Positions 1-8,877 are shown, numbered from the stretch's first letter. The stretch: DNA of 32,274 nt from an uncultured Emticicia sp. (GCA_966212365.1 CBIHRH010000001.1:1-32274); one strand, 5' to 3'. Numbers and translations are program-made. Notes: a model not told the origin generated them from the sequence alone.

Positions 1-104
1 AAGTCTTAAAAATAGTGGTAAAGCCTTTACCAAAACTCCCTAAATGGCATTCAGACAAAGGCAAACCGGGTTGGTTTTTTGTTGATGAGATATTGTTTAA
101 TTAA
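1..104 (+). CDS. 3' end of a CDS truncated by the window start; C-terminal discoidin/F5-8-like beta-sandwich tail
   Basis: The frame from nt 3 reads VLKIVVKPLPKLPKWHSDKGKPGWFFVDEILFN, with TAA at 102-104. The LPxWH-x-GKG-x-W-x-FxDEI pattern is a recognisable C-terminus of Bacteroidota FN3/chitobiase/hexosaminidase-type proteins. It is not in the ORF track. Confidence 0.8.
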   Translation, partial: VLKIVVKPLPKLPKWHSDKGKPGWFFVDEILFN

Positions 105-105
105 T

Positions 106-237
106 TGAGTGATTGAGCGAATTAGTGATTGAGTGATTAGAATTTTAATTTTCGGCTAACCTGAATAAAATTTGTCATAGTATTCAATTAATAGATAAAT
201 TCGTATTTAAATAATCACTAATTCACTAAATCACTCA
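106..237. repeat. Inverted pair of short 8-mer tandem arrays
   Basis: Left arm 106-137 is TGAGTGAT TGAGCGAA TTAGTGAT TGAGTGAT. Right arm 214-237 is ATCACTAA TTCACTAA ATCACTCA, the reverse complement of the same unit. Confidence 0.85.
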
Positions 238-243
238 TTTCCC

Positions 244-1248
244 ATGCAAATCTCCCGACGTTCGTTCTTACTTGCAGGCATTGGCTTCCTGGCTTTTACA
301 ATGAAAAAGCCACAGGTCATGACTATCAATGGCTGGATAGATGCTTCAAAAATGGGCAAAACCCTGGTACATGAGCATTTCTTAGTAGACTTTATCGGTG
401 CAGATAAAACCAATACCAATCGTTGGGATAAAGAAAAAGTGATTGCCAAGGTGCTACCTTATCTGATGGAAGTAAAAGCATTAGGTATAAAAACCATTTT
501 TGACTGTACGCCAAACTTTCTGGGCAGAGATGTGGAATTGCTGAAATTATTATCCCAAAGAAGCGGCTTGCAATTATTAACAAATACTGGCTATTATGGT
601 GCCAGAAACAATAAATTTCTTCCACAATGGGCTCATACAGAAACCGCTGAGCAATTAGCTGATAGATGGATAAAAGAATTTAAAAGCGGCATTGATGGTA
701 CTAACGTAAAACCGGGATTCATCAAAATAGGAATAGATAGTGCTAAAAACCTGTCAGATATTCATCAGAAATTAGTAAAAGCTGCAGGACTTACTCACCT
801 GGCTACAGGTCTTACCATCTGCTCACATACAGGGCCTGCCAATTCTGCGTTTGAGGAAATAGAAATACTGAAAAGTATAGGCGTAAGCCCCTCCGCATTC
901 GTATGGGTACACGCACAATCTGAAAGCAATAAAGCCGAACATACCAAGGTTGCCCGTATGAACACATGGGTAGGCTTAGATGGCATAGGCTGGGGAGATT
1001 TCCAAACCTATGCCGATTCTATTGACTTGATGAAGTCGAATGGGGTATTGAATCGCCTTCTGATTTCTCATGATTCCGGATGGTTTGCACCTGAAGACCC
1101 TAATGGCAATATTTTTAAAGATTATACCAATATTTTCAAAGAAGTAATGCCTTTATTGAAACAGAAAGGATTTACCGATGCTGATTTTGAACAGATTTTA
1201 GTGCGTAATCCGGCTGAGGCATTTGCTATTAGAGTCAGAAAAACTTGA
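244..1248 (+). CDS. Phosphotriesterase-related (PTE/PHP) amidohydrolase
   Basis: Metal-binding motifs are present: HEH, the FIKIG Lys, the SHTG and VHA His residues, and the ISHDSG Asp. It ends in NPAEAF and has an N-terminal SRRSFL twin-arginine-like motif. Confidence 0.9.
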   Translation: MQISRRSFLLAGIGFLAFTMKKPQVMTINGWIDASKMGKTLVHEHFLVDFIGADKTNTNRWDKEKVIAKVLPYLMEVKALGIKTIFDCTPNFLGRDVELLKLLSQRSGLQLLTNTGYYGARNNKFLPQWAHTETAEQLADRWIKEFKSGIDGTNVKPGFIKIGIDSAKNLSDIHQKLVKAAGLTHLATGLTICSHTGPANSAFEEIEILKSIGVSPSAFVWVHAQSESNKAEHTKVARMNTWVGLDGIGWGDFQTYADSIDLMKSNGVLNRLLISHDSGWFAPEDPNGNIFKDYTNIFKEVMPLLKQKGFTDADFEQILVRNPAEAFAIRVRKT

Positions 1249-1271
1249 TTCTTCTAACCTAATGGGTAAAG

Positions 1272-1440
1272 CTAAAATATATTATCCCGATTGGGCGCCC
1301 CCTACGGGATATTAAACCAAAAGAAGTTAATTTATCTACCGATATATCGTTCCTCTGAGACTTAAAAATATCCCTTAGGGATGCTATATTGGTAGGAAAA
1401 AATAACATATTTAGCACGAAGTCCCGTAGGGACGATATAT
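1272..1440. repeat. Cluster of four REP-like palindromic units (two forward, two reverse)
   Basis: Approximate consensus is CTACCRATATATYRTCCCTACGGGAY. Units lie at about 1272-1310 (interrupted), 1336-1362, 1370-1395 (reverse) and 1420-1440 (reverse), between convergent genes. Confidence 0.8.
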
Positions 1441-1482
1441 CAATGCCTTTAAATCTATTTCATCCAACGAATAATTTTCCTA

Positions 1483-2751
1483 TCAATACCCCACCGCTTT
1501 ATCTTTCTTAAATGGCTTGCCAGACCATGCTTTTTGCTGCGTCCATTCTGCATCAGCATCTGCCCAGAAAGAATCAGTGGCGGGTAATCCCAAAGGCAGG
1601 AAACCCAATGTTGTCAGATACATGCTACCCGCATTAGAATAAGAGTCAGCTATACTTGGTTGATGCCCTGCAAAACCTAAACTTAGCCAACCTGCTTTAT
1701 CAAAAACACCCTCTTGCCCAAACATGCGCTTCATAACTGCCGTCAAAGCACATCTTACTTGTGCAGAACTAACCCCCTCAGGCAATTGATGTAAAAGTGC
1801 TGTATGGGTCAAAGCCTGAAAAGCGCCTAAACGATAAGTAATACTTCGTCCAAAAGGAGGAAAGCTACCCTCAGGGGAAATTAATCGCTCCAGAAAATCA
1901 GCCTGTCGCTGCATTCTTTTTACTGCTTTGGTATATTGGTCTTCTAAGTTTTGATTTTTCTTATCAGGTGATTTTCTTTGATGGACTTTCAACATAGTAT
2001 CCAGTACATCAACAATCATCGGATGAATGACAAATGAATTGTAATAATCCATATGAAAGACCTCTCCGTCTTTAAACCAGCCATCGCCTATATACCAGTC
2101 CTCAATTTTTCTCAATCCAAATTCAATCCTGAAACGGTCAGCCTCTTCTCCAATAAACAATAAAAATACTTCAACAATGGCAGCAAATAGCAACCAGTTA
2201 TTGTTTGGCGGAACAACCCTTCTCAATAGCCTGAACTCTTCTATTACGCGTTTTTTTGTAGTTTCATCTAAAGGTTTCCATAAAGCATCTGGTGCTTTCA
2301 GAAAACTCTGGGCTAAAAACGCTGCATCAACTAAAGTTTGCCCCTCTTTTCTCCACAACATATAATCCGGGTTAGCAGGATCAACACTATTCTCAATGCT
2401 TTTGAGCGCATAACTCCTTAACTGTTTGCGGAGTTTTCCTTCTTCTGAATTATCATCGGGCAAAGCCAACCAGGGAGCAACACCTACCATCGTGCGGGCA
2501 AATCCTTCCAGATAAGCAACTTTCGCATTTCGGTTATCCCAGATAGGGCTCAATTCTACCTGCCAGTTTTTCTGTAAGGTACTTTCGCTTAAATTTTTTA
2601 AGACAGGCTCTGCAATTTTATAGAGGAGTTTTGCCCAGTAAAGGCGGGTATCGTCTTGTGTAGAGATAGTTTTGGCGCTTAGTTGAGAAGGGGCTGCAAC
2701 AACGACAAGCCCTGCCAATGTGTTTTTTTGAATAAAGTCTCTGCGGTTCAT
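1483..2751 (-). CDS. DUF2264 domain protein with a Tat-like signal
   Basis: Family motifs seen: LEGFARTMVGVAPWL, QTLVDAAFLA, NNWLLF, YIGDGWFKDG, DYYNSFVIHP and GRSITYR. Start moved to ATG 2751 (MNRRDFIQ). A TAAATTCG -7-like element lies at 2772-2779 on the minus strand. Confidence 0.85.
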   Translation of the reverse strand: MNRRDFIQKNTLAGLVVVAAPSQLSAKTISTQDDTRLYWAKLLYKIAEPVLKNLSESTLQKNWQVELSPIWDNRNAKVAYLEGFARTMVGVAPWLALPDDNSEEGKLRKQLRSYALKSIENSVDPANPDYMLWRKEGQTLVDAAFLAQSFLKAPDALWKPLDETTKKRVIEEFRLLRRVVPPNNNWLLFAAIVEVFLLFIGEEADRFRIEFGLRKIEDWYIGDGWFKDGEVFHMDYYNSFVIHPMIVDVLDTMLKVHQRKSPDKKNQNLEDQYTKAVKRMQRQADFLERLISPEGSFPPFGRSITYRLGAFQALTHTALLHQLPEGVSSAQVRCALTAVMKRMFGQEGVFDKAGWLSLGFAGHQPSIADSYSNAGSMYLTTLGFLPLGLPATDSFWADADAEWTQQKAWSGKPFKKDKAVGY

Positions 2752-2846
2752 GGTTAAGGCATAATTTTCCGCGAATTTAGACTGAAAATCACTTGCAAAC
2801 AATGGTGATGCTACATAAAACCGGAAAATTATGCTGAAGCCTCTCT

Positions 2847-4400
2847 TTAATTGGTTATCTCAATTTCATCTCCATGTTTATTCAGGAAATGGAATTCAGT
2901 AATACCAATAGAAGAATCTTTAGTGAGTTTTACCCAGGTACGGTATTTAAAGAACCATTGCATTTGTTTAGAAATGATTCCTTCACGATAATAAGCGTAC
3001 ACAAATGGGTGAAGAATAATGCTTATACCGCTCTCATTTTGTTTGGAGAGAATATAATCAAGGTTATTTTCAATCAAATCGGTAATCACGATACTTGCCT
3101 GAATAGTTCCGGTACCACCACAGGTAGGGCAGGTCTCACGGGTTACGATATTCATTTCAGGGCGTACACGCTGGCGGGTAATCTGTAATAATCCGAATTT
3201 AGAGATAGGTAGAATCGTATATTTCGACCTGTCACCCTTCATTTCTTCTTTCATTGCTTCCTGAATCAAACGACGGTTCTCGTTTTTCTTCATATCAATG
3301 AAATCGATTACTATGATACCGCCCATATCGCGCATGCGCAACTGACGGGCAATCTCTTTGGCTGCTTCTAAGTTAACTGTGAGTGCTGTAGATTCCTGAT
3401 CACTCTCCTGCGTAGATTTATTCCCACTATTGACATCAATCACATGGAGCGCTTCGGTATGCTCAATAATCAGATAACCACCGCCAGACAAACTAACCGA
3501 ACGGCCAAAAAGCGATTTGATTTGTTTTTCTATTCCATACTGTTCAAAAAGCTTGTTTTTTCCGGTATGAAGCTTTAAAATTTTTTCTTTATCAGGGGCA
3601 ATGGTATGTAAAAAGCTCTTGACTCCGTCAAAGTTTTCTTTTGAATCTACATAAATATTGTCGAAATCGTCATTCAACATATCTCGCAGAATCGAAGAGG
3701 CTCTGTCCATTTCGCTAATGATGCGGTCGCGAGGCTTGGCATCACGCAGGGTTTTCATACCCGATTCCCACTTATCAACACAAAAATCAATATCTCTTTT
3801 TAACTCATCTAAATCCTTACTTTCTGCCACCGTTCTTACAATCACACCGAAGTTTTCAGGTTTGATAGAAGACACTAACTTGTGTAAACGCTGACGCTCT
3901 TGTTTATTGGTGATTTTCTTAGAGATATTCACCGAAGTGCCAAACGGTACCAACACAATATTACGCCCTGCAATAGATATATCGCAAGACAAACGTGGTC
4001 CTTTGGTAGAAATATGTTCTTTTACAACCTGTAACAGAATAGGCGTATTCTTGGTAACAACGTCGTTTATCTTACCTAATTTATCTATATCCTTTTCTAG
4101 CTGAAAACCTTTTAAACGAAGATTGACCGGACGTTTAGCGATAACGTCTTTAACAAACTTACTGAGAGAATTGTAAGAAATGATTTCGTTGTAGTGCAGA
4201 AATCCGTCTTTGTCGTAGCCAACGTCTACAAAGGCAGCATTGTTACCCTGTACGACTTTCTTAACTACACCCAAATAGATATCTCCGACGGAAAACTGAT
4301 GCTCCGTCTCATCAAAGTGATACTCAAGCAGCCTTTTGTCTTGTACGAGGGCTATTCTATCACCTTTCTGTGTGGTACTGATATATAATTCGTTGCTCAA
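2847..4400 (-). CDS. rng: Rne/Rng family ribonuclease (RNase E/G)
   Basis: It has an S1 domain (AAFVDVGYDKDGFLH), the motifs IDVNSG, ARQLRMRDMGGIIVIDFIDM and QITRQR, and a CPTCGGTG Zn-link. The start codon is TTG. Confidence 0.95.
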   Translation of the reverse strand: MSNELYISTTQKGDRIALVQDKRLLEYHFDETEHQFSVGDIYLGVVKKVVQGNNAAFVDVGYDKDGFLHYNEIISYNSLSKFVKDVIAKRPVNLRLKGFQLEKDIDKLGKINDVVTKNTPILLQVVKEHISTKGPRLSCDISIAGRNIVLVPFGTSVNISKKITNKQERQRLHKLVSSIKPENFGVIVRTVAESKDLDELKRDIDFCVDKWESGMKTLRDAKPRDRIISEMDRASSILRDMLNDDFDNIYVDSKENFDGVKSFLHTIAPDKEKILKLHTGKNKLFEQYGIEKQIKSLFGRSVSLSGGGYLIIEHTEALHVIDVNSGNKSTQESDQESTALTVNLEAAKEIARQLRMRDMGGIIVIDFIDMKKNENRRLIQEAMKEEMKGDRSKYTILPISKFGLLQITRQRVRPEMNIVTRETCPTCGGTGTIQASIVITDLIENNLDYILSKQNESGISIILHPFVYAYYREGIISKQMQWFFKYRTWVKLTKDSSIGITEFHFLNKHGDEIEITN

Positions 4401-4456
4401 ATCTGAGGTAGAATCAAGAGGTTAGATATTGTTTTGGCTAAATTGATGGTATATTA

Positions 4457-4493
4457 ATAGCCATAAGTGCAACAGTTCGGAACTTATGGCTAT
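4457..4493 (-). other. 12-bp stem-loop between the bS22 gene and rne/rng
   Basis: ATAGCCATAAGT (4457-4468) pairs with ACTTATGGCTAT (4482-4493) around a 13-nt loop. There is no strong U-tract. Confidence 0.7.
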
Positions 4494-4509
4494 CATATAT
4501 TAAGAAAGA

Positions 4510-4599
4510 TTATTTTTTCTTATGACGATTTTTTCTAAGACGTTTCTTTCTTTTGTGAGTCGACATCTTGTGTCTTTTTCTTTTCTTTCCGCAAGGCAT
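4510..4599 (-). CDS. Small basic ribosomal protein, bS22 / AURKAIP1-COX24 (mS38-like) family, 29 aa
   Basis: Manual translation from ATG 4599 to TAA 4510 gives MPCGKKRKRHKMSTHKRKKRLRKNRHKKK. This fits the KKRKxxKMxxHKxKKRxRKxR family signature. The upstream region is A-rich. Confidence 0.9.
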   Translation of the reverse strand: MPCGKKRKRHKMSTHKRKKRLRKNRHKKK

Positions 4600-4718
4600 A
4601 ATTGTAATTGATTATAAACCCCTAATCCGTAAGAGGCATTTAATAAAAATTATTTCTGTATATTTCCCCTATTCTTTAACAGGTAGGGCGACCGTCGCCC
4701 GGTCTTTTTATCGAACCG

Positions 4719-4726
4719 CAAAGTTA
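4719..4726 (-). promoter_or_regulatory. Bacteroidota primary-sigma -7 element for bS22-rne
   Basis: TAACTTTG on the minus strand matches TAnnTTTG. Confidence 0.7.
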
Positions 4727-4731
4727 ATGAA

Positions 4732-5559
4732 TTATTTTATACTCTCCAAAGTCTTGTTGAGTTCTTCTAATAAAGTCGGTTCTTTTACTTTTTGTTTCAA
4801 ATCAAGCAGTATTTTTTTTGCCTGCTCTTTTTCGCCTAATTCCAACAGGCTATAGCCTAATCCAAACTGTGCATTTACATTGTTCGGATTGATTCTCAAC
4901 ACTTGTCTGAAACGGTCAGCAGCTTTGGCATGCTGGTTCGATTGCATCGATAGTACCCCCATATTCATCAGAGCAGGCTCAAAGTTTGGTTCTTCTGCCA
5001 ATACCTCTCTCAACATCGCAATGGCCTGCATTGGAGAGTCAGTCTGTACGTAAGTCATGGCTAAATTAGTCTTAGCCTGCAATTGTCTTGGACTTTTCTC
5101 CAATACTTTATTATACGCAGCCCGGGTTTTTCCTGCCAGATGTTCTACATTTTCAGGTTTTAAGGCCAATGTAAATGCTTGATAATAAGCATCTCCGGCT
5201 CTTAGCCAGTGGTCAGTAGTCGGTTGCGCTATGGCAATTTTTTCCACATATACCGCTGCGCTATCAAAACGGTTTGCTTTGGCAAATGCTTCTGCTATTT
5301 CGTTATAGACAGGTATTTTGTCAGAAGCAGCAGCTAATTTTTGTTTCAGTGCACCTATTTGTTTTTCCTCTTCCGGCGAAAGTTTCGGTGCCTGTGTAGT
5401 TATATCTCCTTTGGCGTTATTCGATGCAGAAGCCTTAGTATCAGCCACTTGGTCACGATTTGCTTTACCCTGGTTTTTTACAACTACTTTTGGTCGATAA
5501 TAAAGAAAGCCCGTCAGGGCTATCGCTATTATAATTAATATTAATGAGTGTCGTTTCAT
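4732..5559 (-). CDS. Tetratricopeptide-repeat protein with an N-terminal membrane anchor
   Basis: A hydrophobic N-terminus (MKRHSLILIIIAIALTGFLYY) is followed by TPR helices (ALMNMGVLSMQ...NAQFGLGYSLL). Start moved to ATG 5559; 5577 is also possible. Confidence 0.8.
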   Translation of the reverse strand: MKRHSLILIIIAIALTGFLYYRPKVVVKNQGKANRDQVADTKASASNNAKGDITTQAPKLSPEEEKQIGALKQKLAAASDKIPVYNEIAEAFAKANRFDSAAVYVEKIAIAQPTTDHWLRAGDAYYQAFTLALKPENVEHLAGKTRAAYNKVLEKSPRQLQAKTNLAMTYVQTDSPMQAIAMLREVLAEEPNFEPALMNMGVLSMQSNQHAKAADRFRQVLRINPNNVNAQFGLGYSLLELGEKEQAKKILLDLKQKVKEPTLLEELNKTLESIK

Positions 5560-5572
5560 AGTGAGTTTTTTA

Positions 5573-5601
5573 ATCATGGATAGCGCAGTGCTATCCATGA
5601 T
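5573..5601. other. 12-bp stem-loop downstream of hup
   Basis: The sequence is ATCATGGATAGC-GCAGT-GCTATCCATGAT. There is no minus-strand U-tract, so it may stabilise the mRNA or act as a weak terminator. Confidence 0.6.
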
Positions 5602-5630
5602 CGGGCAATTAGCCCCATCGGGCAATGAGA

Positions 5631-5915
5631 TTATTTCACGTTCGTTTTTACTTGTTCCGTAAATTCTTTGGCTGGTTTAAAGCCCGGAACAGAGTGAGCA
5701 GGAACGGTAACCGTAGTTTTAGCAGAAATGTTACGAGCTTTTTTCGCAGCTCTTCTTTTGTTTACAAAACTTCCGAAACCTCTAACATAGACAGCATCGC
5801 CTTGCGCTAATGTGTCTTTTACTGTGTCAAAAAATGCCTCAAGTGTAGATGATACACTTGCTTTGTCCACGCCAGTCTTGTCGGCAATAGCTGAAATTAC
5901 TTCTGCTTTAGTCAC
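5631..5915 (-). CDS. hup: HU/IHF family DNA-binding protein
   Basis: Motifs MTKAEVI, VRGFGSF and VPGFKPAK are present. The start codon is GTG. Confidence 0.95.
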   Translation of the reverse strand: MTKAEVISAIADKTGVDKASVSSTLEAFFDTVKDTLAQGDAVYVRGFGSFVNKRRAAKKARNISAKTTVTVPAHSVPGFKPAKEFTEQVKTNVK

Positions 5916-6061
5916 GATCGTAACGTTTTTTTAAGAGTGATAATATGATTTTTTTTTACCAAGAATACTATTGAATTGAAAGGACGTAAAAAACTAATTT
6001 AGAAGCTCTCAAGTTTTATTAATTCAACATACCCAAACTCTTTGGTTTTATTTTGGGTTTG

Positions 6062-6069
6062 CAAAGATA
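6062..6069 (-). promoter_or_regulatory. -7 promoter element for hup
   Basis: TATCTTTG on the minus strand matches TAnnTTTG. Confidence 0.65.
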
Positions 6070-6215
6070 TAGGTTTTAAGAATACATTGCCAAAAAGATT
6101 TTAATATTTTTTTGCATAATCGCTTAATAATTAATGAGTTATGTGTTTTTTAATGGCAATTTAATATTTTCATAGAAGAAAAAATAAGAGATTATTAAGA
6201 AAACTTCAATAAAAA

Positions 6216-7286
6216 TTGGAAAGACAAACGTTTTCCGAAGTACTTCAAAACTGGTATCATCGGAATAAAAGAGATTTACCCTGGAGAAATACCAAAGACC
6301 CATATAAGATTTGGTTATCGGAAGTAATCCTGCAGCAAACCCGTGTAGTGCAGGGCATGCCTTACTACAATAAATTTGTTGAAAAATACCCTACAATTAT
6401 AGATTTGGCTAATGCCGATGAAAAAGATGTGCTACGCCTCTGGCAGGGTTTAGGCTATTATTCAAGGGCAAGAAATATGCACCAGACGGCTAAAATAATT
6501 GCTGGTGAATTGAATGGAGAATTCCCTGAAACTTATGCCGGATTGGTGAAATTAAAAGGGATTGGACCATATACAGCTGCCGCAATAGCTTCTTTTGCTT
6601 TTGATGAAAAAGTAGCCGTGGTAGATGGCAACGTATATAGAGTGTTGGCAAGGCTATTCGATGTGGAAACAGATATATCAAGCCATGAAGCAAAAAAAGT
6701 ATTCAACGATTTAGCCAATGAATTGATTTCAGATAAAGCGCCGGGTACTCATAATCAGGCCATGATGGAGTTTGGCGCTACTTATTGCACTCCTTCCAAC
6801 CCCGGCTGTATGTTCTGTATCTTTCATTACGATTGCGAGGCTAATGCGAAAGGGAAACAGGCAGTTTTGCCTGTAAAATCGAAGAAAGTAAAAGTAAGGA
6901 AACGCTATTTCGATTATTTCTTAATTGAACAATCAGGAAAACTGATGATGGCTAAGCGAGGAGCTAAAGATATATGGGAGGGGCTTTACGACTTTTATCT
7001 GGTAGAAAGTCAAGACAATTTGCTAGACATAGAAGCAACTGATAATGATTTTCTACTGGATATTTTGCCGTTATCTACCATCAAAAATACATCAGAAATC
7101 TACAAGCATGTGCTGACACACCAAACCATAGAAGTAAGATTCTGGCATATAGTAATCAATGAAAACAAGGGAATACAAATACCATTAGATTATGAGTTTT
7201 ATACATGGGCAGAAGTAGAAAATTTACCCAAGCCTATTCTGATTGAGAAATATTTGAAAAAAAATCATCAAGAATTTCATTTGTAA
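6216..7286 (+). CDS. mutY: A/G-specific adenine DNA glycosylase MutY
   Basis: Motifs RDLPWR, SEVILQQT, WQGLGYYSRARN, the HhH LKGIGPYTA and VDGNV are present. It has a CX6CX2CX5C Fe-S cluster motif and a C-terminal NUDIX-like domain. The start codon is TTG. Confidence 0.95.
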   Translation: MERQTFSEVLQNWYHRNKRDLPWRNTKDPYKIWLSEVILQQTRVVQGMPYYNKFVEKYPTIIDLANADEKDVLRLWQGLGYYSRARNMHQTAKIIAGELNGEFPETYAGLVKLKGIGPYTAAAIASFAFDEKVAVVDGNVYRVLARLFDVETDISSHEAKKVFNDLANELISDKAPGTHNQAMMEFGATYCTPSNPGCMFCIFHYDCEANAKGKQAVLPVKSKKVKVRKRYFDYFLIEQSGKLMMAKRGAKDIWEGLYDFYLVESQDNLLDIEATDNDFLLDILPLSTIKNTSEIYKHVLTHQTIEVRFWHIVINENKGIQIPLDYEFYTWAEVENLPKPILIEKYLKKNHQEFHL

Positions 7287-7353
7287 GGTGTTGCTATGAC
7301 TACCAATTCAGGCATTTTTAGAACTAACCATCCCTATTAATGAGTTCTGGAAA

Positions 7354-8832
7354 TCAAACTTTATGATTTTTATTATTCAAATGGCTATGCTTAGCACTAT
7401 AAACAAAGTAAATAATTATTCCAATCACGCTCCACACCAACAACCTTAGCCATGTAGCCTTATCCAGACTGAACATCAATACTACATTAAATAAAATACC
7501 CAGAGAAGCTATCAATGTTAAATACTTAAGCTTGAATGGCCTATGCAAATCAGGTTGCTTTCTCCTGAGAACCAATACAGCCGCACATATCATGGCAAAA
7601 GCAAATAATGTCCCTATACTCGTCATTTTTGAGGCTTTTTCGATGGGCGTAAGCGCCGCTACAATAGAAGCAACTCCGCCAACCAGTATCGTACTTTTCC
7701 AGGGCGTTTTATAGGTCGGATGAATGGCAGCAAAGAATTTAGTTGGTAATAATCCATCTTTAGCCATATTCAGGAAAATTCTGGTTTGTGAAAGAAGCAT
7801 GACCAGCATGACTGATATTAAGCCGATTACTGCAGCAATAATAATAAGTCCCGACGCCCAATGAAGCCCTACCTCACTAAAAGCAGAAGCCACAGGGGCA
7901 CCTAAATCAAGATTTTTGTAGTTGACCATACCCGTTAAAACCAGAGAAACAAGCACATACAGGAGCGTACAGCAGATTAATGAGACAATAATAGCAAAAG
8001 GAATATCTTTGGTAGGATTGATAGCTTCCTGCGATTGCGTAGATACAGCATCAAAACCAATAAAAGCGAAAAAGACAATTCCCGCTGCAGTCAATACTCC
8101 CGAAATCCCGTAGTGAGATTCACCATTCGTATCAACTACTTTTTCGGGAATATATGGCTGCCAATTCGTTTCTTTTATGTAAAAAGCACCAACAATAATG
8201 ACAAACAAAACTGCCAGCACTTTGATTGTGACAATGAGATTATTGGTTTTAGCCGACTCTTTAATCCCTTTTACCAAAATATAGGTAACTACCCAGACTA
8301 TTAGCATAGCCGGAAGATTGATTGAGAAAGTCGGAGCATCTAATCCTTTTAAAACAGCTTCTTCTCTGGCACTAATAGGGTCGTTAAGTAGCCAGGCAGG
8401 AATACCATCAATATTGAATAAGTGCAATAATTTTACAAAATATTTCGACCAGCTAACCGCTACAGTAGTAGCTCCCATCAGATACTCTAATATAAGATTC
8501 CAACCGATAAACCAGGCAAAAAACTCTCCGATGGTACCATAAGAATAAGCATAAGCGGAACCCGAAACGGGTAATATACTGGCAAATTCGGCATAACATA
8601 GGCCTGCAAACAGGCAGCCTATGCCGGCTAATATAAATGAGATAGTCAAGGCCGGGCCTGCATATAGATTGGCGGCAACACCCGTCAATACAAAAATGCC
8701 TCCGCCAATAACAGCACCTACACCAATGGCAGTTAGTTCCCACTTGCCGAGTACTCTTTTTAATTCACTAGTTTGCAGGTCACTTTTATAAGCGCTTAGT
8801 GGCTTTTTTCTGAAATATTTTTCGAAAGACAT
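7354..8832 (-). CDS. APC-superfamily amino acid permease (cationic amino acid transporter-like)
   Basis: Motifs GAVIGGGIF, CYAEFAS, GSAYAYSY and FFAFIGFD are present, with many hydrophobic segments. Confidence 0.92.
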   Translation of the reverse strand: MSFEKYFRKKPLSAYKSDLQTSELKRVLGKWELTAIGVGAVIGGGIFVLTGVAANLYAGPALTISFILAGIGCLFAGLCYAEFASILPVSGSAYAYSYGTIGEFFAWFIGWNLILEYLMGATTVAVSWSKYFVKLLHLFNIDGIPAWLLNDPISAREEAVLKGLDAPTFSINLPAMLIVWVVTYILVKGIKESAKTNNLIVTIKVLAVLFVIIVGAFYIKETNWQPYIPEKVVDTNGESHYGISGVLTAAGIVFFAFIGFDAVSTQSQEAINPTKDIPFAIIVSLICCTLLYVLVSLVLTGMVNYKNLDLGAPVASAFSEVGLHWASGLIIIAAVIGLISVMLVMLLSQTRIFLNMAKDGLLPTKFFAAIHPTYKTPWKSTILVGGVASIVAALTPIEKASKMTSIGTLFAFAMICAAVLVLRRKQPDLHRPFKLKYLTLIASLGILFNVVLMFSLDKATWLRLLVWSVIGIIIYFVYSAKHSHLNNKNHKV

Positions 8833-8877
8833 AGAATAGAAGTATTGCTAGGGTTATGAATTGAAGCGTAGGCAATT

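Noticed and set aside
4568..4855. 95-aa plus-strand ORF
   Set aside because: It is antisense to both the bS22 gene and the TPR gene, has a TTG start and shows no motif.
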